A stretch of DNA of 64,000 nucleotides, taken from contig NC_092370.1 in assembly GCF_030028105.1 (NCBI RefSeq), positions 113,722,793-113,786,792 on the forward strand. Reading direction: 5' to 3'. Positions 13,885 to 25,394 of this stretch are shown one piece after another; position 1 is the first letter of the stretch; every line of letters starts with the position of its first letter. This DNA is from Mobula birostris (lineage: Eukaryota). The translations under genes and the position numbers were made by a program. The notes below the pieces were generated by a model that was given only the letters and a program-made list of their open reading frames with translations, did not search any database and had not been told where the DNA came from.

Positions 13885-14105
13885 ATAAACACAAGAAATT
13901 CTGCAGATGCTGGAAATCCAGAGTAGCGCACACAAAATGTTGGAGGAACTCAGCAGGTCTGTCAGGCAGTATTTATGGAAATGAATGAAGAATCGACGTT
14001 TCGAGGCAAGATCTGATGAAGGGTCTCGGTCCAAAACGTCGACTCTTTGTTCCTTTCCATAAATGCTAAACAGACAGACCTGATGAACTCTTACAGCATT
14101 TTAGA
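13885..14105. mobile_element. Penelope-end-derived short inverted element with degenerate hammerhead motifs, in TRGC intron 2
   Basis: Same terminal sequence as the Penelope ends at 26790 and 29751; tcgacgtttcg followed by ctgatgaagggtctcggtccaaaacgtc. Confidence 0.7.
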
Positions 14106-14790
14106 CCATAAAACCATAAGATATAGGAGCAGAAGTAGGCCATTCGGCCCATCGAGTTTGCTCCACCACCCAATCATGGGCTGATCCAATTCTTCCGGTC
14201 ATCCCCACTCCCCTGCTTTCACCCCATACCCTTTGATGCCCTGGCTAATCAAGAACCTATCTGTCTCTGCCTTAAATACACCCAATGACTTGGCCTCCAC
14301 AGCCACTCGTGGCAACAAATTCCATAGATTTACCACTCTCTGACTAAAGTAATTTCTCCACACCTCAGTTCTAAATGGACGTCCTTCAATCCTGAAGTCT
14401 TGCCCTGTTGTCCTAGAATCCCCTACCATGGGAAATAACTTTGCCATATCTAATCTTTTCAGGCCTTTTAACATTCAGACTGTTTCTACGAGATCCCCCC
14501 TCATTCTCCTGAACTTCAGAGAATACAGCCCAAGACCTGCCAGACGTTCCTCATAGGCAACCCTATCCTTCCTGGAATTATTCTCGTGAATCTTCTCTGA
14601 ACCTTCTTCAAGGTCAGTATATCCTTTCTAAAATAAGGAGCCCAAAACTGCACACAATACTCCAAGTGTGGTCTCACGAACGTCTTATGGAGCCTCAGCA
14701 TCACATCCCTACTCTTATATTCCATACCTCTAGAAATGAATGCCAACATTACATTCGCCTTCTTCACAAGCATGTGCATTACCCTGTTTG
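14105..14790 (-). mobile_element. CR1 3' fragment
   Basis: ORFs 14199..14474 and 14516..14794 encode CR1 RT C-terminal sequence. Confidence 0.9.
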
Positions 14791-16510
14791 GCATCTGTTT
14801 TTTTTTCCAGAGATAGGTGCAATTTATACCTACTTTACAAGTGCACGAAGTGAAAGCATTCTCGACTGTTTAGAAATGAATGAAGATGTGTTTTCTAAAT
14901 ATGTACTATTTATCTCCCACAAAGGAACAGGAAAATCCCCCAAATGTTTCGTGCTGAAGAACTTTCTGCCAATTCCTTTGTTATGTTTTTTAAAAATCTA
15001 CTTTTAAAGGAAGTTCCGTTTGCTTGAATAGAATGTTCGTTTAGCGATAGTTAAAATATATATAAACCTCCGTATGTATATAATAGTTTGTCTTCTATTT
15101 TTCCCCAAACAGTTAACGTGTACAATTCATGTTACCCAGGAGACTTATGTATTATCTTCAAATTTACTTCTTAAACTTTTTCATGGTCTAATTTGATCTA
15201 TTCCTGTGTTATTTCTGTCATTTTATTTTTGGTAAGTATTTAGACAAAGCACTATTTTTTGTTATTTCGATGTCATCAGCAGTGAATGTATCAAGATGCA
15301 CCATGGTGTATGCATGGATGTGGTGCATATTTGATTAGGGGTCTATGTCTATGTCTACAATATTTTGACATCTCCTTTATTTTGATGTGTCTGCAGAATA
15401 ATTTATTTCTTTTCTATTTCTTATTAATTAATTTTTTGGAGCTTCTTTTTAATTGTTTTCTATTTTCCATATTTTTTATTCCTGTTCCTCATCCTTATTC
15501 TTGATGTTCGTGCACTTAGATGTCTCTCTAAGTCGCCTTGGGGACAGTGAGTGCCAGTGACTGGAGGTGTGTCTCACAAACTGCCAACTCGCTTTCTCTA
15601 AGGACATTACAGAGGCTGCTATAGCTTAGTAAGAACGCAGAAATTCATCTGGTCATTTTCTGGTGCTGGAAGTCAGCAGATTTATTAAGTACATTTATTA
15701 AGCACACTACAGCGTAAGAACAGGCCCTTCGTTCCATGTGGACTATGCCGAACGTGATGTCAAATTAAACGAAATTCCTTCTGCTTGAATATGATCCATA
15801 TCCCTCTATTCTCACCTTCATGTCTCTTTTAAGGTTTGTTTAATGCCATTATCGTATTTAGCAGCCAATTCCAGACACATATTACTGTTAAAAGATTTTC
15901 CTCACACATCTCCTTAAACAACCACCCCTTATCTTAAAGTTATGCCTTCTGGTATTTTATATTTCTACCATGGAAATAAGACTATCTACCCAATCTTTGC
16001 CTCACATAATTGTTGTTTTTTTAATATATAAATATTCCTTGATCTCTGGAGAAAATCACTGGCCACAGACTTCCAGACAGAATAACACCCTTCCACTAGT
16101 ACCTCATGTTTTCTGTGGGGAAGTCAATCCTGAATCCAAACTATTAAATCACCTCGGATTCCATGCATCTTAATCTTCTGGATCATTCTACCATAAGGGA
16201 CCTTCTCGAAAGCATTACTAAAATCCGTGTAGACAGCTGCCCTAACCTCCTCAATCAGCTTCATCACCCTAAAAATACTAATTTAATTTTGTAAAACATA
16301 ACTTGCTGCATACAAAACCATGTTGACTGTTCCTAATTAGCTTATGTTTTTTCATTGTCCCCAAGAATCTTCTCCCATAGGTTCCCTATCACTGACATGA
16401 GCTCAGCTTCACCGTTTGAGGGACTGCACTATTTACTATTGCGCACAGACTGGATTATATATGGGACTGGATTATATATGGATTATCCTAAAATATGAAA
16501 CAGTGATTAC

Positions 16511-16588
16511 CTTCATCCGTGCTCTTCTGTAATTCTTCCTCGGCGGATGGGCAGGTGGCTGCTTCATGACCATTGTTTTCGGAATTAG
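16511..16588 (-). CDS. TRGC: TCR gamma constant region exon 2 (connecting peptide)
   Basis: Polypyrimidine tract + ctgtag| acceptor and |gtaatc donor; 78 nt, phase 1-1. Reads (A)NSENNGHEAATCPSAEEELQKSTDE, containing the interchain Cys. Confidence 0.9.
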
Positions 16589-16959
16589 CTACAGGGTGGC
16601 AAAGCGAAAAAAATAAACAGAAACCTTATTTAAAATGATCCGCAAATCGAGACTGGGTAAATGAGTGCGGAACCGAACTACTGGCATTGGTGGGTGCATT
16701 AACTGATGTTTATTGGGGCACATCTCGTTAACCCTCAGCTCGACTATCCCCACGCTGCTCCCTCCGGACCCAGTCTGTGCCGAAACGATGCTGCAATTAA
16801 CTGGCCAATCCCGCACATTTTACACGGAATCCCATACAGACCTGTTCACCTAGAGAATGTCCCCGCTTGCGCTCTAAAGTCAAAACAAATGACACTTACA
16901 ACTTGCTGCCACATTCCCTTCCGCCGAGGTTACGCACGGGAGAATGCTCCAGAAATGAA

Positions 16960-17222
16960 ATCCCACTTTTTTTTTGGCGTGTGCGTCAGTGATGATGGAT
17001 TTTTCATGGCTTTTTACAAGGCGCGGAGCGAGAGAGAGACTGTGTGGCGCGCCACTCCTGACACAGACATTTGCGCAGTATTTTCCCTTTATTTTACGAG
17101 GTCGAGACAGTCAACCCGGCACGGATGTAAAGCGTACTCGGGGGCAGACCCGGTTAGTTTCGAACCCGGGAACCTCCGCTCCAGGGTTCGGTGCCGATGT
17201 CATTGCGCCACCAGCCAGCCCA
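16960..17222 (-). mobile_element. tRNA-derived SINE in TRGC intron 1
   Basis: Minus strand TGGCGCAATG (A box) ... GGTTCGAAAC (B box), with an A-rich tail near 16965. Confidence 0.65.
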
Positions 17223-17612
17223 AAATCCCACTCTAGTGGGTGGCTTATCATCTTTATGTCATTTGAGTCTCAAATATGAGAGTATTTCGGAGAACATTTG
17301 TAACTTTGGACTCCAGCCAAATTCCGGCGTCGGAAGAAAATTCACACTTATAATTTGAAACAGGAAAGTCATTGATGTCTGTATATCTAATACCATTCCT
17401 GTTGTTATATTTAATCGCTATGTGATTATATAGCATTTAGTCTGTCCGACATTGGGTTCGGAGCCGGGTGGCAAACAATGTTCTATCTATTCTTCCTTAC
17501 AACTGCACAGCAATTTAAATTAGTTTCGGAATATGCATACTATGAATATTTTGAATGAAAACGTCAGCGTTCAGCGGGCCGGCAGTTGATTAACAATCAG
17601 CTGTTGACTTAC

Positions 17613-17642
17613 AATCTGTGTTTGTTACAATTTGTAACGGTG
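17613..17642 (-). other. Candidate optional 30-nt connecting-peptide mini-exon of TRGC
   Basis: acacag|CACCGTTACAAATTGTAACAAACACAGATT|gtaagt; phase 1-1, in frame, no stop, reads (A)PLQIVTNTD. The acceptor pyrimidine tract is weak. Confidence 0.35.
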
Positions 17643-18170
17643 CTGTGTAAACACTGACAACCTTAAAACCCTAAAATGTTTCAAAATAAATGGTTGTGGT
17701 GCGTTTATTATGGAATAATATGGACTATTTTCATTAACACAATTAATTACAGGGTATTTCACAATTATATTAACAGATTTCAAAATTATATTAATATAAT
17801 CTCAAAATTATATTAACTTTATATAAAAGAAAACTCCAACAGCGCGGCAATAAGGGCCAATGCGTGGGATTATTTCAGTTACTGCGAGACCGCATACCCA
17901 CGTAGATTAGAGAGAACAGTGTTGGTGAATTGGAGGAAAATGGAGTAAGTTTGATAGGGAACTTCAAGCCAACTGACCTTCACACCAAAGTGCATTAAAT
18001 GGAGGGCAGCGGTATAATTTTATCAGCGCTGCTTCTTGGAAATATATTTAATAAGACGGATTTAAGGGCTACAATTACAAGGGGTTCGTCTAAAGTTGAA
18101 ACTGTACAGGACAGATGAAAAATAAAAATAGAATTTGCATAAACTCTGCGAAATTAGCTGTGGACCTTAC

Positions 18171-18485
18171 CGCTTCTACTTTCACTGTTAGTTGATACTT
18201 TGTTGCTTCCCGTCTCGTGCTCCACCCTGCAAGTGATCGTTTCCTGGTTCCATTCGTTTTTGGAGATTTCCATGCGGCTAATCAGCGAGTAGTTACCTTT
18301 GCTCATTTTCTTCACCGGCTCTGTCAGAATTTTTCGACTTTGGATTTCAGGGACTTCCCAGTTGACTTTGATCACTTCGGGGAAGAAGTTGGTCACCAGG
18401 CAAGCCACAAAAAATTTACTCTCTTCCTCCAGATCCTTACGATCGGGTTGGAAAAGACGAAGTATCGGAGACTGGGGTTTCACAT
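18171..18485 (-). CDS. TRGC: TCR gamma constant region exon 1 (C1-set Ig domain)
   Basis: aatag| acceptor and |gtaagg donor; 315 nt, phase 1-1. Reads (D)VKPQSPILRLFQP...VACLVTNFFPEVIKVNW...NYSLISRMEI...TITCRVEHE..., with both Ig Cys, the core Trp and one NYS sequon. Matches ORF 18154..18483. Confidence 0.95.
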
Positions 18486-19692
18486 CTATTTGTAAAAATA
18501 TGATGCTTTACAGTGATTATAAATTCCAACATCGACACCTACACGAGCGGCTGCGGACAGGATGAAACAATTTGAAATCTAACGGTGATAAAAAAAAATC
18601 TGAGGAGATTTACTTTGGAATGAAATTTGTAGAAAATAAACATAATGCGACAATTATGGAAGTTTTGATACTTACTAAAGCAAGTGCTTACCGTTCTAGG
18701 AGAGTCTGGGTGGAGCAGCAGAGATAAGGTGAATGCACTCAGTTTTTGCCCCAGAGAAGGGGCATCAATAAATAGGGTAGGGAAGAGGTAATAGGTTAGT
18801 GAAGGCAGAGATATTTAACAGGCTCTTGAGGGTCAACTCCTCTACATAGCGGGCAGTACATAAATGGAACGAGTTGCTGAAGAGGTTGAAGCAGGTGCAA
18901 TAACAATACTTAAAAGACAGCCGAACATGGAAGCCACAGTTTTAGAAAGATATCAAGGATAAACGATATGGACGGGCATCTTGAGATGCATGGGTGGGAT
19001 CCTTAATAATACCAGGGACCCTACTTACGCAGCGCTCCTGATAAATGGTCCTAGGAGAAGAAGTCATTTGAAACACATCATAGTCATGCATTCACCATGA
19101 AGTACAATGATATCTGCCTGTGGAAATTATTAGCCTTTACCAAATCTACTCCTTTATTTCAATGATATTATTAATAACAAAGTGATTGAAAATGTAAAGA
19201 AGACCACCATGGTTTTGTTATTGGCAGTAAAATGGCTGCTGACTGAACAGATAAATGCTCTCATAGATTGAAATGGCTTCCTATTGAACACACATTAAAT
19301 GGGATTTGTTTTTGTGCTGTATGACTCTATGAAATAAATTCAAGGCCCTGTGGAGAGACTTATGCAAAAGAGGCTTTTGGGACAGCACAGGTCGGGCAGG
19401 ACGACTATCTTCGTCCTCAGTGTGATACGGTAGCTCTTAAGCCCGCTGCTTCATTGCGGCCATCAGGTATCAATCGAAACTTATTCCATCTTTGTAGTGC
19501 CCCTCTTCATAGACAGCGTTTTTTCCTACAGAGTATGTAGCATCCATTCGCATGTATGTCAATTAGGTCCTCATCAGCCTTCATCATTCCAAGGAAAACA
19601 AGGTCATTCTGTCCATTCTCCCTTCATAACAGAAAGCTTTCATCCCAGATAACCTGTGGTGAATGACCTAGGTGCTCTCCCCAGTGCAATTA

Positions 19693-21243
19693 CAGTGGCA
19701 TACAAAAGTTTGGGCACCCCGGTCAAAATTTCTGTTACTGTGAATAGCTAAGCGAGTAAAAGATGACCTGATTTCCAAAAGGCATAAAGTTAAAGATGAC
19801 ACATTTCTTTAATATTTTAAGCAAGAAAACTTTTTTATTTCCATCTTTTACAGTTTCAAAATAACAAAAAAAGGAAAAGGGCCTGAAGCAAGAGTTTGGG
19901 CACCCTGCATGGCAGTACTTGGTAACACCCCCTTTGGCAAGTATCGCAGCTTGTAAACGCTTTTTGTAGCCAGCTAAGAGTCTTTCAGTTCTTGTTTGGG
20001 GGATTTTCGCCCATTCTTCCTTGCAAAAGGCTTCTAGTTCTGTGAGATTCTTGGGTCGTCTTGCATGCACTGCTCTTTTGAGGTCTAATCACAGATTCTC
20101 GATGATGTTTAGGTCAGGGGACTGTGAGGGCCATGGCAAAACCTTCAGCTTGCGCCTCTTGAGGTAGTCCATTGTGGATTTTGAGTTGTGTTTAGGTTCA
20201 TTATCCTGTTGTAGAAGCCATGTTCTTTTCATCTTTGGCTTTTTTACAGACAGTGTGATGTTTGCTTCCAGAATTTGCTGGTATTTAATTGAATTCATTC
20301 TTCCCTCTACCAGTGAAATGTTCCCCGTGCCACTGGCTGCAACACAAGCCCAAATATGATCGATCCACCCCCGTGCTTAACAGTTGGAGACGGGTTCTTT
20401 TCATGAAATTCTGCACCTTTTTTCTCCAAACATACCTTTCCTCATTGCGGCCAAAAAGTTTTTTTTTTGCAAAGGTATGTTTAGAGAATGAGCAAAGGTA
20501 TGTTTAGAGAAAAAAAAAAGGTGCAGAATTTCATGAAAAGAGCCCCTCTCCAACTGTTAAGCACGGGGGTGGATCGATCATGATTTGGGGTTGTGTTGTA
20601 GCCAGTGGCACGGGGAACATTTCACTGGTAGAGGGAAGAATGAATTCAATTAAATACCAACACAATTCTGCAAGCTGACATCACACCGTCTGTAAAAAAG
20701 CCTAAGATGAAAAGAGGATGGCTTTTACAACAGAATAATGAACCTAAACACACCTCAAAATCCACAATGGACTACCTCAAGAGGTGCAAGCTGAAGGTTT
20801 TGCCGTGGCCCTCACAGTCCCCTGACCAAAACATCATCGAGAATCTGTGATTAGACCTCAAAAGAGCAGTGCATGCAAGACGGCCCAAGAATCTCACAGA
20901 ACTAGAAGCCTTTTGCAAGGAAGAATGGACGAAAATCCCCCAAACAAGAATTGAAAGTCTCTTAGCTGGGTACAAAAAGTGTTTACAAGCTGTGATACTT
21001 GCCGAAGGGGGTGTTACTAAGTACTGCCATGCAGGGTGCCCAAACTTTTTCTTTGGGCTCTTTTCCTTTTTTGTTATTTTGAAACTGTAAAAGATGGAAA
21101 AAAAGTTTTCTTGCTTAAAATATTAAAGAAATGTGTCATCTTTAACTTTATGCCTTTTGGAAATTAGTTCATCTTTTACTAGCTTAGCTATTCACAGTAA
21201 CAGAAATTTTGACCAGGGGTGCCCAAACTTTTGCATGCCACTG
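19693..21243. mobile_element. Palindromic non-autonomous Tc1 (DD34E) element made of two inverted 3' halves
   Basis: Ends CAGTGGCA...TGCCACTG with TA on the left (TG on the right). Both arms encode QQDNEPKH..SPDLNIIENL..HARRPKNLTELEAF. Arms 19693-20446 and 20487-21243. Confidence 0.92.
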
Positions 21244-21249
21244 TGTACC

Positions 21250-23300
21250 CATCCTGTAGTTTGATGACTGGAACTGCACATGATATTCCAGCTGTGGCCC
21301 AGGGTTTTTATAGAGTTGTACCATTTCCATGCACTTATATTCTATGTCCCGATTAATGCAAATGCTCGGTATACCTTCTCAGCTGATTTATCAATCCGTG
21401 CTTGGATCTTGGACATATACAGTAAGGGTCCTCTATTCTTTAGTACTTTCAAGGACCTTATCAATCACTGCGAATGTTTCAGCCATGCGAACATGCACCG
21501 CATAAACTCACATTTTTCAGTAGTCAAGCCTATTAGCCATTCCCCGCGCATCTGATTAACTGACGGATTTCACTATGCGGCAGAAGACACTTCACCATCG
21601 TTAATTTTCGTGTTATCTACAAACTTACCATCCCTACCTCCTACTTTCACATCCAGATCATTATGTGCTCAACAAACAGCAGTGGTCCCATCTTTGGTAC
21701 CCGTGAAACACTACAAGTCACAAGATCACAATACAGCATAGAACGGTAGGGCACAGGAACGGCCTCTTTGGCCCACAATATTGTGTTAAACCATTTAAAC
21801 TAGTAACTAAATGCCTAACTAAACTAATCCCTTCTACCTACGCAATAGCCATGTAGCCTCGTTTTCTGCACACCACGCGCCTATCCACGGCCCTCTTAAA
21901 TATTTTTTATTTGCCTCTACTACCACCTCTGTCAGCACATTCGAGGCAACCACCGCTCTCCGTGCAAAACATTGTCCTGCATATTATCGAACTTAGCCCT
22001 TCTCAAATGAAATGCTCGCTCCTGGTATTAGACATTTCGACCCTGGGAAATGTTCTATCAGTGTAAACAGTAAGTGCCTCCCAAATCTTATAAACTTCGA
22101 TCAGGTCTCCCGTCAGCCCGCATCATTCCAGAGAAAACAACCTAAGATTGTTCCAACGGTCCTTATCGAAGATAGTTTCTAATTCAAGCAACATCCTAGT
22201 AAACCTCTTCAATCTCCCGTCCAAAGCCTCCACTTCCTTCCGATAACGGGCGATGACAATTTAATAGAATACTCCAGATGCTACAGTTTTATTAAGTTGT
22301 GATATTACTTCCCGACTTTTGAACTCAAATGCCTCGACTCGTAAAGGCAAACACGCGTTGCGCTTTATTTATCGCCCGATCAACTTGTGCAGCCACTTTC
22401 AGGGAAGTATGTACTTGGACTCCATGATGCACCTCTTAACAGTCTTGCCATAAACACTATCCCTGTACAGTTAATCTACCAAAGTGCAACCCTTCGCATT
22501 TGGCCAGATTAATCTCCATCTGCCATTTCTCCACCCAGATCTGCAACTGGTGTGTATACTGCTCTGTACTATCCACAACGCCAATCTTTTTCACGACTCC
22601 TTGAACCGTCATGTACAACGGCTCATCTGAACCGAGGGGAGATGTCTAGAGTACTCTATTCTACATTTTCATCAAGGTCATTGAAACAAGCAGACAAGGA
22701 AGCAACTAAAAAAAAATGACTGAGAGGGAAACAATAGATACATAAATAATAGACAGATAAATAATAAGTAAATAAATGAATGGAGAGATAAATAAATAAT
22801 TAACGAATTAAACGAATGAATAGATGAATACATTAATCAATAACGTGAACAACAGAGGTCCAAATACAAATCCCTACGAAATACCTCTAGTCTCGGACCT
22901 CCAGGTCCCATCGACCACTGCTGTCTGTCTTCGATGTGTGTGCTAATTCTGAATGCAAACGGCCAGGTTACCGTGGATCCCGTGAATCTTAATCTACTGT
23001 ATGAGCCTACTGTGAGGGGCATTAGCAAACGCCTTACTGAAATATAACCATCCACTATTCTACCTTCATCAATCACTTTTTCACCTCCTCAAAAACTCAA
23101 TCAAGTTAATCAGAAATGACCTACCAGAACGAAGTTATACTGACAGTTCCTAACTCGGCCATGGTTTGTCAAGTATTCATAAAATCCCCTTTAAAATCTT
23201 AATTTAACAATCTTCTCCAAATTGTAAGCATAACCATCGATCACCAAGCAAATATTGGATGTAAATTGCTAAATACCCCTCGATCCTATGCACTTTGCCT
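21250..23300 (-). mobile_element. Old degenerate CR1 fragments
   Basis: ORF 22837..23076 MIDEGRIVDGY.. is a decayed RT segment; CR1 3'-end remnants. Confidence 0.65.
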
Positions 23301-24903
23301 GTGCATTTCGCTGAATGGAATAGCAGCCAGTTTCTCTGTAATGTTACCCCCCAGGCGTTTTCAAGTTAGAACCAATGTGCTGCCAATTTGCAGTTATCTT
23401 TTCTCAACTGAGTGGAGAAGTTAATAATATCTTGGACTGAGGCGACTCACTGTCTTAACTGAAGCAATTAACCTATGTCTGAATATAGAAAACTGCTCAG
23501 ATGAAACCCACGATTCAACCTCTGCTTTCAGCATGTGCCTGGAACCCTTCTCTCCTGAGGGCCATCTCTTTGGGTTTTCACAACCCGAGATTCTAAACTA
23601 GAAACTTAGCAAAGTTATTAACTATTTGAGACCTTGCACACACTCTGCTGCGGAATAAAAAGGGCATTTCCCGCAATAACATGGGTTCACAATAGGTTTT
23701 TGGCGCCGGGAAGTTACAAAATGCTCACCGTCTCAGAGCCCAAAAAGTATCCCTGAAACTAAGTCGATTAAACTTTGAGCTACTTTTGAGAAACTGAAAT
23801 AACGAATCCTGACAAGAGCTGTGTTTGAAACTGCTGTTAATTGTGTGTGATCTGATTTCTTCAACGTTTATTGGATTGGAAGACTTGCGGAAGACCACCG
23901 CCGATTAAAACTGATATTTTTTACGGAGACTTTAGCAAGAAACAGTCAGGCTCCCTTGCGGGGAAACAAAGCCGTAACCAAAAGCTCGAACGTGGAAACC
24001 AGCGACGATCTATCTATTCTGCACCCATTCAAGCAGCTTTGGGGGTTTTCGGCCAATTAACTGCAGACTTCGAAGAAAATCTGCAGCATGTGACTAGTTT
24101 AAAGACGAGCTGATTTCAGAAAGTGTACAAAATGCTTTAGAGACATACAAACGTAAAGCGCTGGGAAAAAAGAAATAGTTAATTCTTTAGGTCGGAGGTG
24201 GGCCTTCGATCAGTAACATTAAGTGTTTCTCTCTTCACAAATGCTATCTGACGTGCTGAGTGTTTCCAGCGTTTTCCATTTCTATTTCAGATTTCCAGAA
24301 TTTACTTTTCTAACGTTTTAAGTATTTGGGTTGGAGCAACACGGTCCCCCTCTGCAAACTTGGCTTCCTACAAACTTTGCAATAATTTGTGGGTACTGAC
24401 CGCCACTGTACATGCCAGAGGCATTGAATGATTTGTTTAACGTTACCGAACTCTCGGCTTACTTTAGAAGTGCGGCGCTTGTTATAGAATTGCCATCAGC
24501 AACGCGAAAGTCGACCCAAATGGTCGAAATCACAATCTCCCTGAGTTTCGCTGTGACACAACACATTATCATCATCTTATTCCATCGCTTTCGCGCTACC
24601 AAATTTAGTAATATTGGCGGGATTAAAACAAATGGAGGTTAAATCGTTTGTGTAGGTTTGTCTAGTGCAAACACCGAAGATATTTCCCCCCAAACCCTTT
24701 GCATCGAAACAGCTCCAAGGGATCCCATCAGGAGCCTGATTCTCAGCGGGAGGATTCGCACCCAGACTTCATCCCTACATCCTTCGACTTCCCATCCATT
24801 CCCCGCTCTCTAATCTGCTCACCCTCTCTCCCTCATTGGCCACCCTTAAGGAGTTGGAACCTTCAACAGTTCACCCCCGTTCGCTGGGTCACTCCAGACT
24901 TAC

Positions 24904-24960
24904 CTGTGACGAACAGCCGAGTCCCGCCGCCGAATATTTTTCTCCAAGTACCAGAGGTGG
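24904..24960 (-). CDS. TRGJ: TRG J segment (C-proximal)
   Basis: Reads TSGTWRKIFGGGTRLFVT, with the FGxG motif and an acag|gtaag donor in phase 1. Adjacent 12-RSS. Confidence 0.95.
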
Positions 24961-24988
24961 CACAATGTTCAACGCTTATACAATAACC
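24961..24988 (+). other. 12-bp-spacer RSS of C-proximal J
   Basis: CACAATG - ttcaacgcttat (12) - ACAATAACC. Confidence 0.92.
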
Positions 24989-25115
24989 AATCCGGCCCCA
25001 AATAAGCTCTAAGCAAAACTATGTACTCTCTCATAAACCTAGCCCTCATCTATCCTCGCTAGTAACCAAGTTACTTGAGAGCGTGAGTATGTTTCGGAAA
25101 GTTCCAGAGGCTTAC

Positions 25116-25166
25116 CTGTGACGATGAGTTTGGTTCCCGTACCAAAGTGTAGACTATTATCATTAT
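25116..25166 (-). CDS. TRGJ: TRG J segment (C-distal)
   Basis: Reads NDNSLHFGTGTKLIVT, with an acag|gtaag donor in phase 1. Adjacent 12-RSS. Confidence 0.93.
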
Positions 25167-25194
25167 CACGGTGATACACCCCTTGACAAGAACG
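25167..25194 (+). other. 12-bp-spacer RSS of C-distal J
   Basis: CACGGTG - atacaccccttg (12) - ACAAGAACG. Confidence 0.85.
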
Positions 25195-25224
25195 TCCCTT
25201 CCCATCAGAGTACTTGCACCTGCC

Positions 25225-25298
25225 GGTTACTGACTGAAACAGCTCTTCCCGGTAAATCCGGATCTCCCTGACACGAATCTTAACCGGATACAAGGAGC
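25225..25298 (-). pseudogene. Possible decayed third J segment
   Basis: Minus strand ...tttaccgggaagagctgtttcagtcagtaa loosely resembles the end of J1 (gggactcggctgttcgtcacaggtaa). RSS-like CACGAAT-11-ACAAGGAGC at 25272-25298. No FGxG. Confidence 0.2.
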
Positions 25299-25394
25299 AA
25301 CTTTTAAAATAACCATCATTTGAGTAATAGCCAAGAAGGTATCCGATGGCTTCGTTATTGTATGGAAGATTCCACGCACCAATCTGCAGTCTCG

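Noticed and set aside
16589-16816. ORF with LRIILNKV resembling a TCR alpha/delta TM (R-x4-K)
   Set aside because: It lies in the intron's branch/polypyrimidine region and ends at the acceptor TAG. The real TM exon is 13568-13701.
18171-18485. TARP-like alternative reading frame in C-gamma exon 1
   Set aside because: The exon begins ATG TGA in phase 0 and the other alternative frame hits TAA early, so no TARP-like ORF starts at the 5' end of the exon.
23696-23760. GGTTTTTGG nonamer-like site and a GTGAG donor as an extra J
   Set aside because: No heptamer at 12 or 23 bp and no FGxG in frame.
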